From Longimicrobiales bacterium (GTDB lineage: Bacteria > Gemmatimonadota > Gemmatimonadetes > Longimicrobiales > Gaopeijiaceae): 64,000 nucleotides of DNA. Location: contig OZ242008.1 of assembly GCA_965204735.1 (NCBI GenBank), forward strand, positions 736,001-800,000, read 5' to 3'. The notes beneath the pieces are model-generated. The model searched no databases, was not told where the DNA came from, and saw only the letters and a list, made by a program, of their open reading frames with translations. Positions 9,064 through 17,207 of this stretch are shown here, piece by piece. The translations under genes were made by a program, and so were the position numbers. Each line of letters opens with the position of its first letter. Positions within the stretch are counted from its first letter, which is position 1.

Positions 9064-10667
9064 TGTCGCCCCCAGACCCGTCGGCGATGCGCCGCTTCAA
9101 CAGATCCGGTCCGGTAGTGGAGGGGCGCCACTACTGCATCGCGCCCCTCGACCGACTCGACCTTGCCGAGGTCCGGGAGCTGATCGACGACCAGCAGTAC
9201 TTCGTGCTTCACGCCCCCCGGCAGACCGGCAAGACGTCGGCCTTGCTGGCGCTCCAGGACCTGCTCAACGCGGAGGGCGGCTGCCGCTGCGTATACGTCA
9301 ACGTCGAAGGCGCCCAGGCGATGCGCGAAGACGTGGAGCGCGCGACTCGGGTCATGCTGGGCCAGATGGCCTTGCGGGCTCGAGACGCGCTTGGCGACGA
9401 CTTCTTGTCCGGCGCATGGTCTGGCATCGCCGACGAGTTCCGCGACGGTGCGCTGGGAGCGGCCCTGACCCTCTGGGCCGAGGCCGACGCAAGGCCGCTG
9501 GTGCTGCTGATCGACGAGATCGACTCGCTGGTGGGCGACACGCTCCTGTCGGTGCTGCGCCAGCTTCGCGCTGGCTACGACATGCGGCCCGTCAGGTTCC
9601 CCCAGAGCGTGATCCTGTGCGGAGTCCGGGACGTGCGCGACTACCGCATCTGGTCCAGCTCGGAGAAGACGATGGTTGCGGGTGGCAGCGCCTTCAACAT
9701 CAAGGCCGAGTCCCTGCGCCTGGGCGACTTCTCCAAGGACGATGTGCACGACCTGCTCGGACAGCACACCGAGGAGACCGGCCAGCTGTTCACCGAAGCC
9801 GCGCTGGACGCGATCTGGACCCAGACCCAGGGCCAGCCGTGGCTGGTCAACGCCTTGGCCTACGAGACGTGCTTTCGCGGCGAGTTGGCCGCCGACCGGT
9901 CGCGACCCGTGACCGAGGCGGACGTGCTGGATGCCCGCGAGCGGTTGATCCAGCGTCGCGACACGCACCTGGACCAGCTGACCGACAAGCTGCGCGAGGA
10001 CCGCGTCCGGCGGGTCGTCGAGCCGCTCCTCGTGGGCGGCGAAGGGTTCGATGCCACGGCCGACGACATCGAGTACGTGCAGGACCTGGGCTTGGTCGCC
10101 CGAGACGCGCCGCTCCGCTTGGCCAACCCGATCTACGCGGAGGTCGTGCCTCGCCAGCTCACGTGGCCGACCCAGCTCAAGATTCGGGAGGACCCGGCGT
10201 GGTACGTGGACGCCGACGGCGCGTTGCTGCTGGACAAGCTGCTGGCGCGCTTCCAGGAGTTCTTCCGCGAGAACGCCGAGAGCTGGGTCGAGCGGTTCGA
10301 CTACAAGGAGGCCGGACCGCACCTGCTGCTGCAGGCGTTCTTGCAGCGGGTCGTCAACAGCGGCGGGCGGGTCGAGCGGGAGCACGGGCTGGGCCGAGGG
10401 CGCGCGGACCTGCTGATCCGGTGGCCGGAGGGCGACGAAGGGCGCAGCTACGTGGTCGAGTGCAAGGTTCGCCACGACCGCCGGGGCCTGGAGCGGACCG
10501 TGGCCGAGGGGGTGGAGCAGACGGCGGCGTACATGGACCGTTGCGGGGCCGAAGCGGGGCACCTGGTCGTCTTCGACCGCAGCGACGAGCGCAGCTGGGA
10601 CGAGAAGGTGTTCCGCGACGTCCGCACCGCCGAGAGCGGGGCCGAGATCGCTGTGTGGGGGATGTGA
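9063..10667 (+). CDS. AAA ATPase - PD-(D/E)XK nuclease fusion, copy 2 (534 aa)
   Basis: TGATG overlap with the copy 1 stop; same motifs. Alternative ATG at 9087. Confidence 0.85.
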   Translation: MSPPDPSAMRRFNRSGPVVEGRHYCIAPLDRLDLAEVRELIDDQQYFVLHAPRQTGKTSALLALQDLLNAEGGCRCVYVNVEGAQAMREDVERATRVMLGQMALRARDALGDDFLSGAWSGIADEFRDGALGAALTLWAEADARPLVLLIDEIDSLVGDTLLSVLRQLRAGYDMRPVRFPQSVILCGVRDVRDYRIWSSSEKTMVAGGSAFNIKAESLRLGDFSKDDVHDLLGQHTEETGQLFTEAALDAIWTQTQGQPWLVNALAYETCFRGELAADRSRPVTEADVLDARERLIQRRDTHLDQLTDKLREDRVRRVVEPLLVGGEGFDATADDIEYVQDLGLVARDAPLRLANPIYAEVVPRQLTWPTQLKIREDPAWYVDADGALLLDKLLARFQEFFRENAESWVERFDYKEAGPHLLLQAFLQRVVNSGGRVEREHGLGRGRADLLIRWPEGDEGRSYVVECKVRHDRRGLERTVAEGVEQTAAYMDRCGAEAGHLVVFDRSDERSWDEKVFRDVRTAESGAEIAVWGM

Positions 10668-12268
10668 TGTCGCCCCCAGGCCCGCCGGCGGTGCGCCGCT
10701 TCAACAGGTCCGGTCCGGTAGTGGAGGGGCGCCACTACTGCATCGCTCCCCTCGACCGACTCGACCTTGCCGAGGTCCGGGAGCTGATCGACGACCAGCA
10801 GTACTTCGTGCTTCACGCCCCCCGGCAGACCGGCAAGACGTCGGCCTTGCTGGCGCTCCAGGACCTGCTCAACGCGGAGGGCGGCTGCCGTTGCGTCTAC
10901 GTCAACGTCGAAGGCGCACAGGCGATGCGCGAAGACGTGGAGCGCGCGACTCGGGTCATACTGAGCCAGATGGCTCGCCAGGCACGGCGAACGGGCGACG
11001 ACTTCCTGACCGGGGCATGGTCTGAGATCGCCGCCGAACACGGCGCTGATGCGCTGGGCGAGGCCCTGTCGCGCTGGGCCGAGGCCGACGAGAGGCCGCT
11101 GGTGCTGCTGATCGACGAGATCGACTCGCTGGTGGGCGACACGCTCCTGTCGGTGCTGCGCCAGCTTCGCGCAGACTATCCCCACCGGCCCGCCAGGTTC
11201 CCCCAGAGCGTGATCCTGTGCGGCGTCCGCGACGTGCGCGACTGTCGCATCTGGTCCAGCTCGGCAAAGACGATGGTCACGGGCGGCAGCGGCTTCAACA
11301 TCGCGGCCGAGTCCCTGCGCTTGGGCGACTTCTCCCGGGACGAGGTGCACGACCTGCTCGGACAGCACACCGAAGAGACCGGCCAGCCGTTCACCGAAGC
11401 CGGGCTGGACACGATCTGGACCCAGACCCAGGGCCAGCCGTGGCTCGTCAACGCCCTGGCCTACGAGACGTGCTTTCGCGGCGAACTAGCGAAGGACCGG
11501 TCCCGCCCAGTGACCGAGGCGGACGTGCTGGACGCCCGCGAGCAGCTGATCCAGCACCGCGACACCCACCTGGACCAGCTGACCGACAAGCTGCGCGAGG
11601 ACCGCGTGTGGCGAGTCGTCGAACCGCTCCTGACCGGCGCCAGCGAGTCCAGCTACACCGCTCGGGACGTGGAGTACGTTCGGGACCTGGGCCTGATCGC
11701 CCACGCCCCCCCGATCCGCATGGCCAACCCCATCTACGCCGAGGTCGTGCCTCGGGAGCTGACTTGGCTGGCCCAGGACGACCTGCCGCACGACCCAGCC
11801 TGGTACGTGGACGCCTCCGGCGCCTTGCGCCTGGGCAAGCTGCTCGAAGCGTTCCAGGAGTTCTACCGCGAGAACTCGGAGCACTGGGTCGAGCGCTACG
11901 GCTTCAAGGAGGCGGGCCCGCAGCTGCTCTTGCAGGCGTTCCTGCAGCGGGTCGTCAACAGCGGCGGACGGATCGAGCGGGAGTACGCGCTGGGCGGTGG
12001 TCGCACCGACCTGCTGATCGTGTGGCCGCAGAGCGGGCGCGCGAGCAAGCATGTGGTCGAATGCAAGGTTCGCCACGAGCGCCGGGGCCGGGAGCGGACC
12101 GTGGCCGAAGGCGTGGAGCAGACGGCGGCCTACATGGACCGTTGCGGGGCCGAGGCCGGGCACCTGGTCGTCTTCGACCGCAGCGACGAGCGCAGCTGGG
12201 ACGAGAAGGTGTTCCGCGACGTCCGCACCGCCGAGAGCGGGGCCGAGATCGCAGTGTGGGGGATGTGA
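10667..12268 (+). CDS. AAA ATPase - PD-(D/E)XK nuclease fusion, copy 3 (533 aa)
   Basis: TGATG overlap; same motifs; nuclease variant GRTDLLI..VVECK. Confidence 0.85.
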   Translation: MSPPGPPAVRRFNRSGPVVEGRHYCIAPLDRLDLAEVRELIDDQQYFVLHAPRQTGKTSALLALQDLLNAEGGCRCVYVNVEGAQAMREDVERATRVILSQMARQARRTGDDFLTGAWSEIAAEHGADALGEALSRWAEADERPLVLLIDEIDSLVGDTLLSVLRQLRADYPHRPARFPQSVILCGVRDVRDCRIWSSSAKTMVTGGSGFNIAAESLRLGDFSRDEVHDLLGQHTEETGQPFTEAGLDTIWTQTQGQPWLVNALAYETCFRGELAKDRSRPVTEADVLDAREQLIQHRDTHLDQLTDKLREDRVWRVVEPLLTGASESSYTARDVEYVRDLGLIAHAPPIRMANPIYAEVVPRELTWLAQDDLPHDPAWYVDASGALRLGKLLEAFQEFYRENSEHWVERYGFKEAGPQLLLQAFLQRVVNSGGRIEREYALGGGRTDLLIVWPQSGRASKHVVECKVRHERRGRERTVAEGVEQTAAYMDRCGAEAGHLVVFDRSDERSWDEKVFRDVRTAESGAEIAVWGM

Positions 12269-13872
12269 TGTCGCCCCCAGGCCCGTCGGCGATGCGCTAC
12301 TTCAACACGTCCGGTCCAGTAGTGGCGGACGACCACTACCATGTCCCGCCCCTCTCTCGGGTCGACTTGGCCGAACTCCGTCTGTTGATCGACCAGAAGC
12401 GCTACTTCGTGCTTCACGCCCCCCGGCAGACCGGCAAGACGTCGGCCCTGCTTGCGCTCCAGGACCTGCTCAACGCGGAAGGCGGCTACCGCTGCGTCTA
12501 CGTCAACGTCGAAGGCGCACAGGCGATGCGCGAAGACGTGGAGCGCGCGACTCGGGTCATACTGGGCCAGCTGGCCTTGCGGGATCGAGACGCGCTTGGC
12601 GACGACTTCTTGTCCGGCGCATGGTCTGGCATCGCCGACGAGTTCCGCGACGGTGCGCTGGGAGCGGCCCTGACCCTCTGGGCCGAGGCCGACGCAAGGC
12701 CGCTGGTGCTGCTGATCGACGAGATCGACTCGCTGGTGGGCGACACGCTCCTGTCGGTGCTGCGCCAGCTTCGCGCCGGCTACGACATGCGGCCCGTCAG
12801 GTTCCCCCAGAGCGTGATCCTGTGCGGAGTCCGGGACGTGCGCGACTACCGCATCTGGTCCAGCTCGGAGAAGACGATGGTCACGGGCGGCAGCGCCTTC
12901 AACATCAAGGCCGAGTCCCTGCGCCTGGGCGACTTCTCCAAGGACGAGGTGCGCGACCTGCTCGGACAGCACACCGAAGAGACCGGCCAGCCGTTCACCG
13001 AAGCCGGGCTGGACGCGATCTGGACCCAGACCCAGGGCCAGCCGTGGCTCGTCAACGCCCTGGCCTACGAGACGTGCTTTCGCGGCGAACTAGCGAAGGA
13101 CCGGTCCCGCCCAGTGACCGAGGCGGACGTGCTGGACGCCCGCGATCAGCTGATCCAGCGCCGCGACACCCACCTGGACCAGCTGACCGACAAGCTGCGC
13201 GAGGACCGCGTGTGGCGAGTCGTCGAACCGCTCCTGACCGGCGCCAGCGAGTCCAGCTACACCGCTCGGGACGTGGAGTACGTTCGGGACCTGGGCCTGA
13301 TCGCCCACGCCCCCCCGATCCGCATGGCCAACCCCATCTACGCCGAGGTCGTGCCTCGGGAGCTGACTTGGCTGGCCCAGGACGACCTTCCCCACGACCC
13401 AGCCTGGTACGTGGACGCCTCCGGCGCCTTGCGCCTGGGCAAGCTGCTCGAAGCGTTCCAGGAGTTCTACCGCGAGAACTCGGAGCACTGGGTCGAGCGC
13501 TACGGCTTCAAGGAGGCGGGCCCGCAGCTGCTCTTGCAGGCGTTCCTGCAGCGGGTCGTCAACAGCGGCGGACGGATCGAGCGGGAGTACGCGCTGGGCG
13601 GTGGTCGCACCGACCTGCTGATCGTGTGGCCGCAGAGCGGGCGCGCGAGCAAGCATGTGGTCGAATGCAAGGTTCGCCACGAGCGCCGGGGCCGGGAGCG
13701 GACCGTGGCCGAAGGCGTGGAGCAGACGGCGGCCTACATGGACCGTTGCGGGGCCGAGGCCGGGCACCTGGTCGTCTTCGACCGCAGCGACGAGCGCAGC
13801 TGGGACGAGAAGGTCTTCCGCGACGCCCGCACAGCCGAGAACGGCGCCGAGATCGCAGTGTGGGGAGCGTGA
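12268..13872 (+). CDS. AAA ATPase - PD-(D/E)XK nuclease fusion, copy 4 (534 aa)
   Basis: TGATG overlap; same motifs; its stop overlaps the GTG of the next gene. Confidence 0.85.
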   Translation: MSPPGPSAMRYFNTSGPVVADDHYHVPPLSRVDLAELRLLIDQKRYFVLHAPRQTGKTSALLALQDLLNAEGGYRCVYVNVEGAQAMREDVERATRVILGQLALRDRDALGDDFLSGAWSGIADEFRDGALGAALTLWAEADARPLVLLIDEIDSLVGDTLLSVLRQLRAGYDMRPVRFPQSVILCGVRDVRDYRIWSSSEKTMVTGGSAFNIKAESLRLGDFSKDEVRDLLGQHTEETGQPFTEAGLDAIWTQTQGQPWLVNALAYETCFRGELAKDRSRPVTEADVLDARDQLIQRRDTHLDQLTDKLREDRVWRVVEPLLTGASESSYTARDVEYVRDLGLIAHAPPIRMANPIYAEVVPRELTWLAQDDLPHDPAWYVDASGALRLGKLLEAFQEFYRENSEHWVERYGFKEAGPQLLLQAFLQRVVNSGGRIEREYALGGGRTDLLIVWPQSGRASKHVVECKVRHERRGRERTVAEGVEQTAAYMDRCGAEAGHLVVFDRSDERSWDEKVFRDARTAENGAEIAVWGA

Positions 13873-16800
13873 CGGACGTCCCCCGCCCCGGAATGCTGGC
13901 CACCGTCCGCAACCGGCGCGGCGTGGTGGCGGCGGTGGAACCCCACGACGGCGAGCGCGGGCGGGTCCACCTGGTCCACTTGGAGTACGCGGACCATCAG
14001 TCGCCCCGAGAGGAGCGCCTTCTGTGGGAGATCGAAGGCAGGCCGTCTCTCCTGGAGCCCAACGCCCTGCCCAATCCGGCCCGTTCGCCCATGGCCGCGC
14101 CCGACTTCGACGCCATGCTTCGGGCGGCTCGGTGGACGGCCCTCTCGCCCTACCTCGACCCGTCCGGCGACGGCCGCCCGGCCCAGGAGCCCCTGGCCAG
14201 CCCCTTCCACGGCGGCGTCCGCATCGAGAACTACCAGCTGGTTCCTCTCTTGAAGGCGTTGCGCATGCCCCGGGTCAACCTGCTCATCGCCGACGACGTG
14301 GGGCTGGGCAAGACCGTGGAAGCCGGGTTGGTCCTGTCCGAGCTGCTGCTGCGCCGCCGCATCCGCCGGGTGCTGGTGCTGACGCCCGCGTCGCTCCGCC
14401 GTCAGTGGAGCGAGGAGATGCAGGAGAAGTTTTCGTTGCCCTTCGAGATCGTGGACCGGCTGAGCACGGAGAAGCTGCGCCGCCGCCAAGGCATGGACGC
14501 CAACCCCTGGCGCTCCTTCAGCCGCGTCGTGGCGTCGTACCACTACCTGCGCCAGCCGGACGTGCTGGAGCACTTCCGGGCGGCCTGCGACCACCAGACT
14601 CGCGAAGGCTCTCCACACCTGCCATGGGACCTGCTGATCGTCGACGAGTGCCACAACCTTATGCCGTCCCCGTTCGGCGAAGACAGCGAGCTGTGCAAGA
14701 TGCTGCGCTTTGTGGCCCCGCGCTTCGAGCACCGGCTCTTCCTGTCGGCCACGCCCCACAACGGCCACACCCGCTCGTTCACCGGGCTGCTGGAGATGCT
14801 GGACCCGGTCCGCTTCTCGCGCACCGGCGAGATGACGCCCGCCATGCGCGGACGCATCGACGACGTGGTGATTCGCCGGCTCAAGCGCGACATCAACGCG
14901 ACCGCGACCGGCGAGGGGACCGGCCCCCGCTTCTGCACCCGGTGCCCGCCCAAGGCCCTGACGCTCGCCTTCAGCCCGCACGAGACCCGCCTTTCTGCCG
15001 CCTTCGACGCCTTTCGCAGCGCCATCCGGGAGCAAGTCGCGGAAGGAGGCAAGCGCCGTCGCCGCGCCGGTGCGTTCGCGGTCGAGATCTTCGGCAAGCG
15101 GCTGCTCTCCTGCCCGACCGCCTTCGCCGAGTCGTGGAGCCGCGCCAAGCAGGGGTTCGAGGACCCGCAGGCCGCCGGCGACCGACAGCTTGCGACGGCG
15201 GAACGCTCGCTGCGCCAAGACACGGGCGACGATCGCGAGGCCCAGCAGCGCCAGGCCACGGCGTCGACGGTCGTAGGGGCGTGGCTGAAGAACTTCGCGG
15301 GCGACTTGACGGCCGAGGTCCATGGGATTGAAGACGCTCTTGCCCGGCTGGAGTTCGACTTGGACGCCGGCGCTGCGCCCGTCGTGTCCCAAACGCCCAT
15401 TGCCGACGCCCGCTTCGACCGGCTCTTGAAGCTCGTCGAGGGCCGTCTGCGCGGCGAGGGCCGGTTCCGCGGTGGCGAGCGGCTGGTCGTCTTCACGGAG
15501 TACAAGACGACCCTGGATTATGTGGCCCGCCGCCTGCGGGAGCGCTACGGAGACGAACGTATCCTGACCCTGTTCGGCGCGGGCGGCCCCGGCGGGATGG
15601 ACGAGTCGGGACGCGAGCACGTCAAGGCGGCGTTCAACGACCGCGTGTCCCCCGTGCGCATCCTCGTGGCCACCGACGCCGCGTCGGAGGGGCTCAACCT
15701 GCACCGCACGGCCCGCTACCTGCTCCACTGGGACTGTCCCTGGAACCCGTCTCGGCTGGAGCAGCGGAACGGCCGCCTGGACCGCTACGGCCAAGCCCGC
15801 GACGTGACCGTCCACCACTTCGTGAGCGACACGGACCCGGACTTGCGCTTTCTGGACCACGTGGTTCGCAAGGCCGACGACATCCGGGAGGACCTGGGGT
15901 CGGTCAACGAGGTCTTCGACCGTGCCGTTCACCGCCGCTTGGTTCGGGGCGAGGACGCCGCCGCCGTGCAGGCCGGGCTGGACTTGGAAGTGGAGGCGGC
16001 GCGAGGCCGTGCCAGCCTTGGCGGCGACGGAGCCGCCGACCGGACGTCCAACGGGACATCCGATGGGACATCAAACGGCGAAAATCGGGACATTTCGCTG
16101 GACATTTTAGCCGCCGAAATCGATTTCGACCCCGAAGCGGTCCGGGACACGCTGGAGGCGGCGATGGCTGACACCGCCGGGCGACCGCAGCTCGAGCCCG
16201 CCGCGCGCGCCCACGACACGGGGAGCAGCAGCAACGGCCGCGACGGCCTTCATCGCCTTGTGAACCCCGGCTTGCCCGGCTGGAGCCAAGTCGTGGACGA
16301 GTCCGTCCGCCGCCCCGGACTCGGCGGGGCGCAGGGACCGGTTCCCGCACTGGCTTTCAGTCCAAAGCCGTTCATCAAGAAGCGGGGCGACTTGAGCGTC
16401 TTTCGGCCGCGCAAGGATGCGTTGTTCGTCCACTTGGCCCACCCGATCATGCGTCATGCCTTGGGCGTGCTGGCGAAGCGGCGATACCCGGGCGCCGGGA
16501 GCGAGGCGTCGCGCTGGACCGCGCGTTACGGCGGCGTGCCGGAAGGAGCCGAGGCGGCGGTTCTGCTCAGCGTGGAGGAGATCGGCGTGAACAAGCTGCG
16601 GGAGACGTTCCACCGCTGGGTGCGGACGGTCGTGTTCCCGATGCGCGACGGCGAACTTGGATCGCCCCTTCCCCACGCGCCCGCCCGGTCGCTCCTGGGC
16701 GCAAGCGAGTGCGAGGACGCGGCTCGCCGGGAACAGGCCGCCGAGATCCTGGAAGCCGCCGCGCCGGCGCTCAAGCAGTGGATGCGCGATCACAGGCGCG

Positions 16801-17207
16801 CGCTCGGCGAGCGCTTGGCCGCCCAGCTCGAAGACGACGGCGCCGCCGCCCGGAAGCGCGAGCGCGACAGCTACCGACAGCGCCTGGCCGAAGTTTCCGA
16901 ACTGATCACACGCACCACGATGGACAGGTTGGGCCGTGAAATCGAGCGACTCAAGGGGCAGCGCGACCAAGGACAGCTCTTCAACGAAGCCGAGCGCTTG
17001 GCCGAGTTGGAGCGATCTATCGAGGAATGGGAAGAAGAGCTGAAGCGCCGTCGCTTCCATCACGACGAGATTCGCGACCAGCTCCAGCGAGAGCGCGACC
17101 GCACAGTGAAACGGCTGTTTCCCAAGCGCTTCGCCTTGGCGGGGACCGCCCAACTCTTTCCGGTGGCCGTGGAAGTGCGCCTTCCGGCAACGCGGCGTCG
17201 TCCGTGA
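13869..17207 (+). CDS. drmD: DrmD-like SNF2 helicase (1112 aa)
   Basis: GTG start overlapping the upstream TGA; LLIADDVGLGKT, DECH, LSATPHNG, ATDAASEGLNL, WNPSRLEQRNGRLDRYGQ; C-terminal coiled coil. Confidence 0.8.
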   Translation: MTDVPRPGMLATVRNRRGVVAAVEPHDGERGRVHLVHLEYADHQSPREERLLWEIEGRPSLLEPNALPNPARSPMAAPDFDAMLRAARWTALSPYLDPSGDGRPAQEPLASPFHGGVRIENYQLVPLLKALRMPRVNLLIADDVGLGKTVEAGLVLSELLLRRRIRRVLVLTPASLRRQWSEEMQEKFSLPFEIVDRLSTEKLRRRQGMDANPWRSFSRVVASYHYLRQPDVLEHFRAACDHQTREGSPHLPWDLLIVDECHNLMPSPFGEDSELCKMLRFVAPRFEHRLFLSATPHNGHTRSFTGLLEMLDPVRFSRTGEMTPAMRGRIDDVVIRRLKRDINATATGEGTGPRFCTRCPPKALTLAFSPHETRLSAAFDAFRSAIREQVAEGGKRRRRAGAFAVEIFGKRLLSCPTAFAESWSRAKQGFEDPQAAGDRQLATAERSLRQDTGDDREAQQRQATASTVVGAWLKNFAGDLTAEVHGIEDALARLEFDLDAGAAPVVSQTPIADARFDRLLKLVEGRLRGEGRFRGGERLVVFTEYKTTLDYVARRLRERYGDERILTLFGAGGPGGMDESGREHVKAAFNDRVSPVRILVATDAASEGLNLHRTARYLLHWDCPWNPSRLEQRNGRLDRYGQARDVTVHHFVSDTDPDLRFLDHVVRKADDIREDLGSVNEVFDRAVHRRLVRGEDAAAVQAGLDLEVEAARGRASLGGDGAADRTSNGTSDGTSNGENRDISLDILAAEIDFDPEAVRDTLEAAMADTAGRPQLEPAARAHDTGSSSNGRDGLHRLVNPGLPGWSQVVDESVRRPGLGGAQGPVPALAFSPKPFIKKRGDLSVFRPRKDALFVHLAHPIMRHALGVLAKRRYPGAGSEASRWTARYGGVPEGAEAAVLLSVEEIGVNKLRETFHRWVRTVVFPMRDGELGSPLPHAPARSLLGASECEDAARREQAAEILEAAAPALKQWMRDHRRALGERLAAQLEDDGAAARKRERDSYRQRLAEVSELITRTTMDRLGREIERLKGQRDQGQLFNEAERLAELERSIEEWEEELKRRRFHHDEIRDQLQRERDRTVKRLFPKRFALAGTAQLFPVAVEVRLPATRRRP

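Larger units (their letters stand above)
7483..13872 (+). repeat. Tandem array of four ~1.6 kb gene-length units
   Basis: Stops at 9063, 10667, 12268 and 13872 (periods 1604/1601/1604). Long identical stretches alternate with variable blocks. Confidence 0.95.

Noticed and set aside
7677..13868. Long N-terminal extensions on the ORFs 7677-10667, 9416-12268, 11218-13872 and 12051-17207
   Set aside because: These are Arg/Gly/Pro-rich off-frame readings of the preceding gene. The true starts are the ATG/GTG codons overlapping each upstream stop.
7483..13872. Diversity-generating retroelement or shufflon explanation for the array
   Set aside because: No reverse transcriptase or site-specific recombinase is in the window. 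Differences are not adenine-restricted, and all units are in direct orientation.
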